Shown piece after piece: positions 1 through 8,563 of a DNA stretch of 26,545 nucleotides. The notes under the pieces are model-generated. The model did no database searches and had not been told where the DNA came from. It saw nothing but the letters and a program-made list of their open reading frames with translations. The translations under genes were made by a program, and so were the position numbers. Numbering within the stretch: the first letter of the stretch is position 1; each line of letters begins with the position of its first letter. The stretch comes from a virus (Duplodnaviria; Caudoviricetes). The DNA is taken from the IMG/VR virus record IMGVR_UViG_3300043442_000082, positions 1 through 26,545 of that record; one strand, given 5' to 3'.

Positions 1-212
1 CCCGGCTTCGAGGTTGGAGACTGCTTCTGATTAGGCGAATCAGAGAAGCACTGCATACCCATGAAGCCCATCGGATTGGTGCGCGTAGGCTTGCCACGAC
101 CATAGGTGTCAGAGATAGACGCTTGGCGATACGCTTCGCCTGCGCTGCCCTTGTACTCGCTATTGTCTGACATCATCACCGTCGTGCTAGTTTTGTTTAT
201 GTTAAGTTTCAT
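1..212 (-). CDS. hypothetical protein, 3' end beyond window edge
   Basis: Not in ORF track. Manually read ATG at 212 with upstream GAAAGGA SD-like sequence; frame stays open to position 1 (MKLNINKTSTTVMMSDNSEYKGSAGEAYRQ...). Overlaps the end of the upstream gene by 11 nt. Confidence 0.6.
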   Translation of the reverse strand, partial: MKLNINKTSTTVMMSDNSEYKGSAGEAYRQASISDTYGRGKPTRTNPMGFMGMQCFSDSPNQKQSPTSKP

Positions 213-414
213 GCGATTTCCTTTCAACGATCATGCACGGCAAGTAAATAAAGACAGCAAAGAAACCAGCCATCGCCATCCTTTCCCATGTTGGCATCAC
301 CATTGTCCAGCAAGCCAACACAAAGCAAAACAGCAGAGCAACGAACGTCAATACCTTGTGTGATAAAACATCCATCGCAATGTTAATAATCTTTAACGCA
401 GCCCCGTCAACCAT
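202..414 (-). CDS. small membrane protein with two predicted TM segments (holin-like candidate)
   Basis: Hydrophobic stretches VLTFVALLFCFVLACWTMVM and MAMAGFFAVFIYLPCMIV with a charged C-terminal tail ERKSHET. ATG at 414 overlaps the upstream stop as TGATG; GTG at 417 is an alternative start. Holin role is a guess. Confidence 0.6.
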   Translation of the reverse strand: MVDGAALKIINIAMDVLSHKVLTFVALLFCFVLACWTMVMPTWERMAMAGFFAVFIYLPCMIVERKSHET

Positions 415-620
415 CACTCATCTCCTTCATCGTCAGGATTAAAAAATCCTTTGCCCCATTCATCGTCACTGATCTTTTGCTTGATCTGCTCTAGCTTCAA
501 CACCCGATCAAGCACCTTGGTTTTATCAGTAAGTGATGCTGTTGAATCATTCATTGTTTGTTTGAGTAGGTCATAGATAGCCTGCTCAAGTTCTGGATTC
601 AGCCCCTTTTGTTTTTTCAT
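414..620 (-). CDS. hypothetical protein (68 aa, helical)
   Basis: ATGA overlap with the 617..790 ORF; basic N-terminus and acidic C-terminus. Confidence 0.7.
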   Translation of the reverse strand: MKKQKGLNPELEQAIYDLLKQTMNDSTASLTDKTKVLDRVLKLEQIKQKISDDEWGKGFFNPDDEGDE

Positions 621-790
621 CGCTCCATTTTCCGATTGTCACGTTTCTGACGCATCATGGTAGTCCGAACGCTAACCAGCATTGGGCCACCTCGTTTGTC
701 TGCCATTTGCTTGGCAGATTCTTTCATCCGGCGTAACTCTTCCACGCCAGAGTTCATCTTGTCATTTCCGTTGCCGTTGTCGTAGTTCAT
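617..790 (-). CDS. hypothetical protein (57 aa, Met/Arg-rich)
   Basis: Not in ORF track. Manually translated MNYDNGNGNDKMNSGVEELRRMKESAKQMADKRGGPMLVSVRTTMMRQKRDNRKMER. Fills the gap exactly, with ATGA overlaps at both ends (787-790 and 617-620). Confidence 0.75.
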   Translation of the reverse strand: MNYDNGNGNDKMNSGVEELRRMKESAKQMADKRGGPMLVSVRTTMMRQKRDNRKMER

Positions 791-978
791 CGCTTGCTCC
801 CTCTCTTCATGCGCGATTTACCAGCCTTTGAGTACGCAATCGCCGTAGCCTGTTTGACAGCTTTACGCACGCTCGAAGGCTTACTCGTACCAATCTTGCC
901 GGATTCCTTAAAGCCACGAACCATCTCGCCAATGTTCTTGCTAATGGTTTTAGCACTTTTACCTTTCATTAGGGGCAT
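787..978 (-). CDS. small basic phage protein (63 aa)
   Basis: ATG at 978 gives MPLMKGKSAKTISKNIGEM...KQATAIAYSKAGKS, resembling a small Lys-rich family I recall from phage genomes (MPLKKGKS..TIS.NI...KQA.AIA). Preferred over the track start at 1008. Confidence 0.7.
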   Translation of the reverse strand: MPLMKGKSAKTISKNIGEMVRGFKESGKIGTSKPSSVRKAVKQATAIAYSKAGKSRMKRGSKR

Positions 979-3334
979 TTTCAATCCTTTCTGGCGCTCT
1001 AGTGCCAACTTGCGTACCGATGGTTTGACGAATTAGCGTAGCAATCACGCCCTGACGCTGCTCTTTGGGAGCCTTCATCACCTGCTTTAACTTGACCGGA
1101 TCAGTCACGATGTCGCTAACGGCAGAGCGAATGTTGGCAACATACTGGCGGTAACGATCTAGCGCAAGTGCAGCGCCAAAGCCACCAGCCGCACCTACTG
1201 CACCACCCACTTCAGGCAGTACACCAAAGCGGTTAGCCAGCGCAGCCAGTCCAGCCGTGTACAGGCCAGCCACAGCGCCGCCCTTCTTGACCTGCGCCAA
1301 CTCATTGTTGACCAAGCGAGTAAGCTCTTGGGCAGAGGATTCCGTACCGGGTGTGCGACCAATGTTTTGAGAAGCGCGGCTAATAGCTGTCTGAATAGAA
1401 ACAATGTCTGCCACTGCATCGTCCACAAACCGAATCTCATCCGGCGTGTACAAGCCACTAGCCTGCATGGAAGGCTTGATGCGATCACGGTAGCTTCTTT
1501 CAATTGCCCCCGGAGGCAAGATGCCGATCAGGTCACGCACACCAGCTTTGAATGCTTCAGCACCTTCAGGTGTTCTACCCAAGACTTTGGCGGCAGAAGC
1601 AACATCACGCACGTTGCCAGTACCCATGATCAGGTTCTTAAAGCTCTCAGCTTGCTGTGTCTGAGTGCCGCCCATCTCAAACATTCTTGCACGCTGTTCA
1701 GTTAGTGTTTCTGTTTTTTTAACAACACGACCAGTTTGCTCTAGCTTGCGTGCATAGTCAGAAAATTGTTTATTTAAATCAGGAAAGCGAGATAACCAAC
1801 CGCTATTTGTTTGCAGCCAGCTACGCATTTGCGCAGGTGTTTTGTTAGCCAATTCAGCACTGACATAATTTCTTGCCAAGCCTTGTACAGCCGCCATATT
1901 TTTTGCGTCACCACCAATAAACTTAATAAACTCATCAACATTTTCTGGCGTACTAAAGATTTTTGCAGGCAAAGTTGATGCTTGCGTAGCCATTGCGCCT
2001 TTAATTTTTTCGCTAGGGGCTGTCAACGCTTGGCCTACCGCAGTTTGGAATTGGTTGATCGGCTGGCTTAATTGCTCATAATCAGCACGATACTTGTCAA
2101 ACCTTTTGCCAGTAAATTCAGACATGATGCGCTCAACCAAGCCTTTAAGGTCTTTAGCATCTTGCTGACCAATGGCATCAAAGCCAGTTTCAGGCAGGCC
2201 AGAAGCACGATCACCCAACCGGCGACGTAATTGCTCAAGACGCTCAAAACCAACTTTAGCTTTACTTGTTACCCCGGTTAGTGGATCTACGATAACACCA
2301 AGGGCTTCGCGGCGAACTTCCTCAAACTGGTTTTTTGTTGCACCAGTAATGCGTTCTCTTTTTGTTACTGGATCGCGTATAAACGCATCCAATGCAACTT
2401 CCATGTTTTTGAAAGCCCTAGTACCTTCCACCCCCTGCCCTTGCAATTCTTTATTGCGAGCTTCGGTAAGCATGGCTTCTTTGTTGGCTTGAGTTGCGGT
2501 TTCACGATCTGCCTTTAGTTGCAGCAAGCGATCATTTGCCAGCTTACGGGCATCAGCGCCAATAGCTTCCATTGTGCGAGGCTGGCTAATCTCTGCCAAA
2601 CGACGTTCAGTGCCAGCAACTAAGCTACCTGCCAATTGCTCACCACGACGCCGACCTTCAACCGACTCAATGTTTAACAGCCTTGCAACTTCTGCCGCGT
2701 CAATTGGCTCATTTATTGGCTTGCCACGCAGCTTCTCTTGCGCAGCACGCACCATTGCGGTCTTAGATTCAACGGTTTGAGGCAGTGCAGCCACTTGCTG
2801 TGGTGTCATTGCTCTGACTACACGCTCTGCGGCACGCTCAACACCACCGGGAACCAGTGGACGAAAAGCGCGACCTGCAACACCTAGTGAACGAGCAAGG
2901 CCTTCAGTACCGACACCAGCCGCAGTCTCAACACCAAAGCGGGTAAGTGGGCTAGTTTCTGGTGGCAGTAGATTGCTTGCTGTTTGTGCAGCAGCACCAC
3001 CTAGTCCTGATAAAGCACCTGTCTTGAGTAACTCTTTACCAGTCTTAGGGATAAATACATCAGCAGCACGCGCACCATACGGTGCAAGCCGTGTACCTCT
3101 TGTGCCAAGCTGAAACAGTTTTGATACGCCACTTAAAATTGGCACAGCACTTACTGCTTCTAAGCCAGTCTCGAATGGTGACTTGGTGACAATGCGGCTT
3201 TCAGGCGGCAAGTTCGCAGCAGCGCGTAGCGTTTCCTCGCTTTGACCGGGAATCTGCTCTACCAGACTGCCACCAAAGCGGTCAGTCTGAGGCTGTTCAG
3301 CGACTACCTCGCCACCAAAACGATCTCTTGCCAT
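959..3334 (-). CDS. putative internal virion/DNA ejection protein (791 aa)
   Basis: Large Ala/Gly/Arg-rich helical protein, last of four such genes after the tail module. Gly/Ala hydrophobic segments near both ends (e.g. GGAVAGLYTAGLAALANRFGVLPEVGGAVGAAGGFGAALAL). Function inferred from synteny. Confidence 0.6.
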   Translation of the reverse strand: MARDRFGGEVVAEQPQTDRFGGSLVEQIPGQSEETLRAAANLPPESRIVTKSPFETGLEAVSAVPILSGVSKLFQLGTRGTRLAPYGARAADVFIPKTGKELLKTGALSGLGGAAAQTASNLLPPETSPLTRFGVETAAGVGTEGLARSLGVAGRAFRPLVPGGVERAAERVVRAMTPQQVAALPQTVESKTAMVRAAQEKLRGKPINEPIDAAEVARLLNIESVEGRRRGEQLAGSLVAGTERRLAEISQPRTMEAIGADARKLANDRLLQLKADRETATQANKEAMLTEARNKELQGQGVEGTRAFKNMEVALDAFIRDPVTKRERITGATKNQFEEVRREALGVIVDPLTGVTSKAKVGFERLEQLRRRLGDRASGLPETGFDAIGQQDAKDLKGLVERIMSEFTGKRFDKYRADYEQLSQPINQFQTAVGQALTAPSEKIKGAMATQASTLPAKIFSTPENVDEFIKFIGGDAKNMAAVQGLARNYVSAELANKTPAQMRSWLQTNSGWLSRFPDLNKQFSDYARKLEQTGRVVKKTETLTEQRARMFEMGGTQTQQAESFKNLIMGTGNVRDVASAAKVLGRTPEGAEAFKAGVRDLIGILPPGAIERSYRDRIKPSMQASGLYTPDEIRFVDDAVADIVSIQTAISRASQNIGRTPGTESSAQELTRLVNNELAQVKKGGAVAGLYTAGLAALANRFGVLPEVGGAVGAAGGFGAALALDRYRQYVANIRSAVSDIVTDPVKLKQVMKAPKEQRQGVIATLIRQTIGTQVGTRAPERIENAPNER

Positions 3335-3336
3335 GA

Positions 3337-4719
3337 TTACCTCGCAGGTTTTTTGCCACGCTTGCCAGTTTGTGCATCAATGTATTCAGCATCCGGCGGC
3401 AATGCATCGTATTCTGCTTGCGTGTTTACCGTTGGAATCCGGGGGCCACCTGTCTGATCTTGTGGCACATCAAGGTAAGCAGAGATTGTTTCATCCGTTA
3501 CACCACGCGATCTTGCCTTAGTACGTTCGCGCTCAATGGCACTCTTGATAATGCTAATCTGATTGTTAAAGTAGCTATTAGCTACGTTAGGTGCAGTAGC
3601 AGGACTCAACGTAAACTTACGGAAGTCTTCAGCTTCTCGCGGTGTCAGGGTTGCGCCAAACAACTTGTTACGCACTTGGGCTACAAATGCTTGGTAGTCT
3701 TTCCACCAGTTCACTGTCTCAGGTGTTACCTTCGGCGCACCCGAGCCTACTGAACGCATGATGTCACCCACTGGCAAACCACGCTCAACGCCAGCAATGA
3801 TCATGTTAGCAATTTCATCCGAAGGCGCAATGCCAAAATACTGTGGCTTTCTGGTTTGGTTAGCACGGTTCAGCGTCACGAACGTCGTACCAATCTCATC
3901 CAGCTTTTTCTCTAGTTGTGCTGGTAGCTGCTGAACTTTGGTTGTGCCACCACCAGCCCGACCTGCGCCGGGAGTTTGCTTTAACGCAACCTTCTGAGCA
4001 AAGATAGTCTTCTGCTTTTCTAGTTCAGCATCAGCCTGATCAGAAGCAGCAATAGCTTTTGTAAATAGCTCATAGGCTTTCTGATAGTTTCCTTTGCGTA
4101 GCTGTGCAGCAATCAAGCCATTGCCAGCCTGACTTTCAATCAGCTTGGCTTCCACCATTGCTGCATTACGATCTTTGGAAAGCAAGGTCAACATACGCTC
4201 AAAGCGATCCTTGAGCATATTGTTATGCTCTTTACGGGCTTTGTCTGCCTCGTCAAACTTCAGCTTGGCAGCATTAAATCTTTCGCCTTGTACACGGTCT
4301 TCAGCATCCTGCATCTCACGAATAGCAACCAACTGGGCGCGTGCTGAAGCGCCACCAATGCCACCCACAATCAGGGAAGACAGCAAGCGCATACCAGCAT
4401 TCTTGGCGTAGTCAGACGCACTGATCTGCGGTGCCTCAAATTGCTGATACGGCTTCATGCCAGCTTCTAACGTAGCGGCCTCTGCTCTGGACTTGGTAGC
4501 CAAGTCACGCTCGGCTGCGGCTTCTTTCTGGCGTTGGCCTTGCTCAATGCCAAACTGAGTTCTAGCCGCTTCTTCTTCAGCCCTAGCACCAGCCTCAAAG
4601 GTTTCGCCTAACTTGCCACGCGCAAAGTCTGCACGCCCTTTCATGCTTGTCTGCGCACCCAAACCTTTAACTAAGGATGGTGCTGTGCCAAGTGCATCAC
4701 CAAGTGTGTCAACTGCCAT
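3337..4719 (-). CDS. putative internal virion/DNA ejection protein (460 aa)
   Basis: Coiled-coil-like Ala/Glu/Lys/Gln-rich sequence with one short hydrophobic segment (LLSSLIVGGIGGA); lies in the ejection-gene block. Confidence 0.6.
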   Translation of the reverse strand: MAVDTLGDALGTAPSLVKGLGAQTSMKGRADFARGKLGETFEAGARAEEEAARTQFGIEQGQRQKEAAAERDLATKSRAEAATLEAGMKPYQQFEAPQISASDYAKNAGMRLLSSLIVGGIGGASARAQLVAIREMQDAEDRVQGERFNAAKLKFDEADKARKEHNNMLKDRFERMLTLLSKDRNAAMVEAKLIESQAGNGLIAAQLRKGNYQKAYELFTKAIAASDQADAELEKQKTIFAQKVALKQTPGAGRAGGGTTKVQQLPAQLEKKLDEIGTTFVTLNRANQTRKPQYFGIAPSDEIANMIIAGVERGLPVGDIMRSVGSGAPKVTPETVNWWKDYQAFVAQVRNKLFGATLTPREAEDFRKFTLSPATAPNVANSYFNNQISIIKSAIERERTKARSRGVTDETISAYLDVPQDQTGGPRIPTVNTQAEYDALPPDAEYIDAQTGKRGKKPAR

Positions 4720-4721
4720 GA

Positions 4722-5831
4722 TTACCTCCCAGTAGCAGTGGGTACAGGTGCCTGAGTACGCTGTGCCTGCTGTACTTCACGGCCTAGAATGCCAGCAAAC
4801 AACTGCGCCAACTGCTGATCACGCTGCAATTCCATCTCTAGTGCGCGACGGTCATACTGATCTGCAATGTTGGCAAGACGCAAGGCTTCAGTAAAGCTCT
4901 CTTGACGGGCTAGGCTACGCGCACGACGCTGCTGTGCTGCCAAAATACCGGCTGCTGCACTACCCGTTGGCGTACCACGCGCACCTAATCCTTGACGCGC
5001 ACGGGCTTGCTCAATCTCTAACGCTTGTTGTTGCTCTGGCGTTAAGCCTTCGCCAGTTGCTCTACCCATTGCTTCTTGCTGTGCCTGACGGAAAGGTTCG
5101 GCAGCAGCGCGAGTAGATTCAATGTCACGGCGCATTGCTTGATTAGCACGATTAAACATCAAGGCTTGCGCCAGAATGTTGGCTCCCGCAGTACCAGCGC
5201 GTGTTAGATTCGGATAACGGTTCAAAACATCTTGCAGTTCTTGCAATCCAGTTTCAGCACGTTGCGCTAACCCCGGCTCTGCGGCAGGCGCAGCAATGTC
5301 TTCCAGTGGTCTAAATTCAGGAGTGCGGCCAAAATCTACTGCTTCATATTGAGGCAAACGCGCAGTTTGAAAATCCGTTGGGAACGTGCGCTCAATTCTT
5401 GGTGCCATCTCCACTTCAGGATACAAACGTGGCTGTTGCTGATACGTCGCTGTGGTTCCACCTGCAACATCATCTTGTCTAACATTTCTAACAGCAGGTT
5501 GATCAGGCCGTGTTAGTTGAATCTGTGGCTGATTAGCGTCAAAGTCGAAAGGACTTAACGGACGTGATTCAATCTCCGGCTCTGGCACTCGGAAAGTTTC
5601 TGTCTCTGGTTCAAAACCATAGTAGGTATCAGTGCGACGAGCAAACTCAGGCAATCCAGTTGCCGGGTTGATCGTGCCACTACCACCAGCTTCCATCAAC
5701 ATCTCGGCTTCTTCTGGCGTAATGTGAGCAAGCATGGTGTCGCCACGACGCCCCATCCGACGCAGCATCTCAGCCATTGCTTTAGCGTCACCCATACCGC
5801 GACTACCAGCAATCATCTCAATAATTTTCAT
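4722..5831 (-). CDS. putative internal virion/DNA ejection protein (369 aa)
   Basis: N-terminal GRRGDTMLAHITPEEAEMLMEAGGSGTINPATGLPEF block and Gln/Ala/Arg-rich helical C-terminal half; synteny. Confidence 0.6.
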   Translation of the reverse strand: MKIIEMIAGSRGMGDAKAMAEMLRRMGRRGDTMLAHITPEEAEMLMEAGGSGTINPATGLPEFARRTDTYYGFEPETETFRVPEPEIESRPLSPFDFDANQPQIQLTRPDQPAVRNVRQDDVAGGTTATYQQQPRLYPEVEMAPRIERTFPTDFQTARLPQYEAVDFGRTPEFRPLEDIAAPAAEPGLAQRAETGLQELQDVLNRYPNLTRAGTAGANILAQALMFNRANQAMRRDIESTRAAAEPFRQAQQEAMGRATGEGLTPEQQQALEIEQARARQGLGARGTPTGSAAAGILAAQQRRARSLARQESFTEALRLANIADQYDRRALEMELQRDQQLAQLFAGILGREVQQAQRTQAPVPTATGR

Positions 5832-5832
5832 G

Positions 5833-8112
5833 TCAGAGTCCTAGTGCCTTTCTAAGACGCAGGGAACGCACGTTCCAAACATCTTGCTGTGGATCAGGTT
5901 CACCACCAAAGATCGGTTCTTTCTCACCAACAATTGCAGCTACCGGGCTAGTACCAACTACGCGAGGGCTAATTGACTTAGGCGCTGCTCTACCAACCCT
6001 TGCAGGACGCACATCCAATGGCTCAAAACCTTCTTCAGTTGGCGTTAATGGGAACGATTGGCTTAACAAATCAATCAGGTCTTGTTCAATCTGATCCAAG
6101 TCAAGCGGCTGTTCTGCCAATTGAGTTTCCTCGCCGCCCTCTTCCGTCAGCGTGCGATCACCCTCTTCGCCCATTACGCCGCGCTCACTTTGCAACAATT
6201 CGGAACCAGTGAGTTCATCAACAGGGCGATCAGATACGATTGGTGTGCGACCACCCGGTGCGTTATCACCACCCGTTAATGTTGGTGTAGTTCCAGCATC
6301 TTGTGGTGTGCGCGTTCCAGTGTCAGTTGCGGTTTGAGTACCAGTCTGAGTACCAGTCTGAGTGCCGGTTTGCGTACCTGTTTGTGTTCCAGCAATAGTC
6401 TGTGTGCCAGTTTGAGTACGGGTGCCAGTCTGCGTACCAGTCTGAGTTTGGGTGCCAGCTTTAGTCTGCGTTTGTGTTTGCGTCTGCGTTTGCGGGAAAC
6501 GCTGAGTCGCTCTTGCAGTCTGAGTAGTTGGCGCTGTTGCCGTTTTACCCGGAATGATGACGTTGAAATCTTCATTCAGGCTAACGCCACCTTGATTGTT
6601 GGCTGCTGCATACTCAAGAATTGCACGCTCACGCAACGGCAGTGTCTCAATATCAATTGACTTAGCATCTGGCGATGGATTGCTCAGATAGTCAAAGATT
6701 GGAGAGTTTTTAAGTGCAGCGGCCTGTTTTGTTGTGATGTTGAGAATCTTCGCAACACGATCAACTTCAACAGTAACCGGCGTAGCGGCGCTTCTTGGGT
6801 CTGCAAAGTCACCAATGTAGCGCTGCACACTTGATTTGTATTGCTCTGGCGTAAGTTCAGGCTCAATCTTTGCTGTAACTTCAACCTCTGGCAATCTGTT
6901 CTCTTCTCGAACTGTGACTGCTCTAGTTGGATCAACAGGTTTTGTTGCCGCATCAATAATCGCTGAAGCAAAAGCAAGGTCAGGCGAAGCGCCGCCAAGC
7001 ATTTCATTCTCTTGCACCGCATTACGCAAAGCTCTTGCCGCTTCAGTTGCAGTGACGCCAGCAGCAAACAAAGTTGCGCCAGCACCACCCGCAGGTAATG
7101 CTGCCATTGCGCTAACAGCCACCGCTAAGTCAACCATGCCAGCAGCACGCATGGCTTGTAGGTTTTGTGGCTGTGCAAGCTCTTTTAAAAACTTTGGATC
7201 AGCAGCAGCGCGTGCTTTCCAAGTTTCGATAAGGTCAAGCGAGGCATTGCGTGCAATTTGGTTGATAGCATCAGGCGTAACCGGCCCTTGGAAGGCAACC
7301 TGTACTGTGTTGTTTGGATCGGTTAATGCTTTAGTAATGTCATCTTCAACTCTAGCAACACTGGTTTCTTCAACGCCAGCAGCCTTTTTAATCTCTTTTT
7401 GGATGTCAGCATCCGTTGGCGTTAGCAAGTCTCTAGTAGCAGCGCGACCTTCTCTTGTGACTGTAGAAAGTCCTGCCTGCAATAGTTCTTCACCTAAATT
7501 ACCGCCACCAGCAGTGCGACCAACCGCCTCGCCAACATCGGCAATAGCTTCTGCGGCTCTGCCTGTTTGATCAATACCAAGTTCAGAACCAGCCAAAGAA
7601 CGTGCGACAGAAGCTCCAGCAGAACCTAAAGCGCCAGTAATTGCTGACTTACCAACATCAGCACCAACTGCCACAGCACCAGCGGCACCACCCGCAGCAC
7701 CGCCAGCAGCATTAGCTAAAGCAGTTTGAATTGGCGTTGTTGCGCCTTGAGCGCCAATTGCGCCACCAACTTTACTTGCGACAGCGCCACCAATTTGAGC
7801 GCCAGCAAAACTACCGAGCGCAGCTTTACCAATGTCTTCTAAGTCACCGCCTTGTGATGCGGAAATAGCAGCGGCAGTAATCGGCTGTGTAGCTAAAGTA
7901 ATGGCTGCTTGACTTGCCCCTATCGCACCACCAACTGCTGAGACAGCATAAGGCGCAGCAATCGCAATGACAACAATCTCAGGATTCTCAACAACGTAGT
8001 CAACGACATCGCCAACTGCTTCAACAACGTCTTCGACAAAATCACCGACAGCTTCTACGACATCGCCAACCGCATCGAAAACATCCCCAACAAAATCAGC
8101 AACGACTCCCAT
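5833..8112 (-). CDS. putative first ejection (DNA pilot-like) protein (759 aa)
   Basis: Starts Met-Gly, then an acidic amphipathic repeat, a long Gly/Ala-rich membrane-prone region, a TQTG repeat tract and an acidic C-terminus. TAATG overlap with the upstream 149-aa gene; occupies the P22 gp7/T7 gp14 position. Confidence 0.6.
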   Translation of the reverse strand: MGVVADFVGDVFDAVGDVVEAVGDFVEDVVEAVGDVVDYVVENPEIVVIAIAAPYAVSAVGGAIGASQAAITLATQPITAAAISASQGGDLEDIGKAALGSFAGAQIGGAVASKVGGAIGAQGATTPIQTALANAAGGAAGGAAGAVAVGADVGKSAITGALGSAGASVARSLAGSELGIDQTGRAAEAIADVGEAVGRTAGGGNLGEELLQAGLSTVTREGRAATRDLLTPTDADIQKEIKKAAGVEETSVARVEDDITKALTDPNNTVQVAFQGPVTPDAINQIARNASLDLIETWKARAAADPKFLKELAQPQNLQAMRAAGMVDLAVAVSAMAALPAGGAGATLFAAGVTATEAARALRNAVQENEMLGGASPDLAFASAIIDAATKPVDPTRAVTVREENRLPEVEVTAKIEPELTPEQYKSSVQRYIGDFADPRSAATPVTVEVDRVAKILNITTKQAAALKNSPIFDYLSNPSPDAKSIDIETLPLRERAILEYAAANNQGGVSLNEDFNVIIPGKTATAPTTQTARATQRFPQTQTQTQTQTKAGTQTQTGTQTGTRTQTGTQTIAGTQTGTQTGTQTGTQTGTQTATDTGTRTPQDAGTTPTLTGGDNAPGGRTPIVSDRPVDELTGSELLQSERGVMGEEGDRTLTEEGGEETQLAEQPLDLDQIEQDLIDLLSQSFPLTPTEEGFEPLDVRPARVGRAAPKSISPRVVGTSPVAAIVGEKEPIFGGEPDPQQDVWNVRSLRLRKALGL
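6331..6492 (-). repeat. in-frame degenerate 6/12-bp tandem repeat encoding (QT)n and (GTQT)n
   Basis: Encodes 54 aa QTQTQTQTQTKAGTQTQTGTQTGTRTQTGTQTIAGTQTGTQTGTQTGTQTGTQT; on + strand units such as gagtaccagtct, with synonymous variation between units. Confidence 0.95.
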
Positions 8113-8561
8113 TATTGACCTCCCCGCGCAGGGCCAGTTTTAATGCTGCCAATAAACTGACCGTTATCTGCCTTGCGTATGTTGTAACCCATTTCTGGAT
8201 TGGGTGGATTTTTTGAGATATAGCGGAAAATCTGCAAAATGGCTGGATCGGTAAACGTCGAAGCCATTGTGTCGAAACCCATCTTGTAACAAGCACGCAT
8301 AAACTCTACGCTGTTCTCAAGATAGTTTGGCGCAACGTCTGCATTCAAGGCTCGGAACCAACCAACACCGGGCGCAGCCTTGTGAATGATAAAAAGCGTG
8401 TTGCCTTGACGGACGAACAAGGTATCATCCATCTGAAGCTCGGCATTGATCATGGCAATTGCTTTACCGCGATCTGCCTCGGCATCCGTGTTCATTGCGG
8501 CAATGCCGATAATGTCTTCTGGACTTAGCTCTTGCTCTCGGCTGTCCACCATCTGAACCAT
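8112..8561 (-). CDS. hypothetical protein; candidate GNAT-fold acyltransferase (P22 gp14/T7 gp13 position)
   Basis: 149 aa. Apparent helix-helix, three strands (LFVRQ, TLFIIH, VGWFRALN), helix, strand order is compatible with a GNAT fold. Directly upstream of the first ejection-like gene. No unambiguous acyl-CoA motif seen, so the ORF is solid but the function is tentative. Confidence 0.45.
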   Translation of the reverse strand: MVQMVDSREQELSPEDIIGIAAMNTDAEADRGKAIAMINAELQMDDTLFVRQGNTLFIIHKAAPGVGWFRALNADVAPNYLENSVEFMRACYKMGFDTMASTFTDPAILQIFRYISKNPPNPEMGYNIRKADNGQFIGSIKTGPARGGQ

Positions 8562-8563
8562 AA

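Noticed and set aside
22-50. Imperfect hairpin TGCTTCTGATT-AGGCG-AATCAGAGAAGCA
   Set aside because: Lies inside an open reading frame, has a 2-nt bulge and no T run; no support as a terminator or RNA gene.
6331-6492. Tandem repeats considered as a CRISPR array or replication iterons
   Set aside because: Units are 6-12 bp, in frame, lack unique spacers and vary at synonymous positions.
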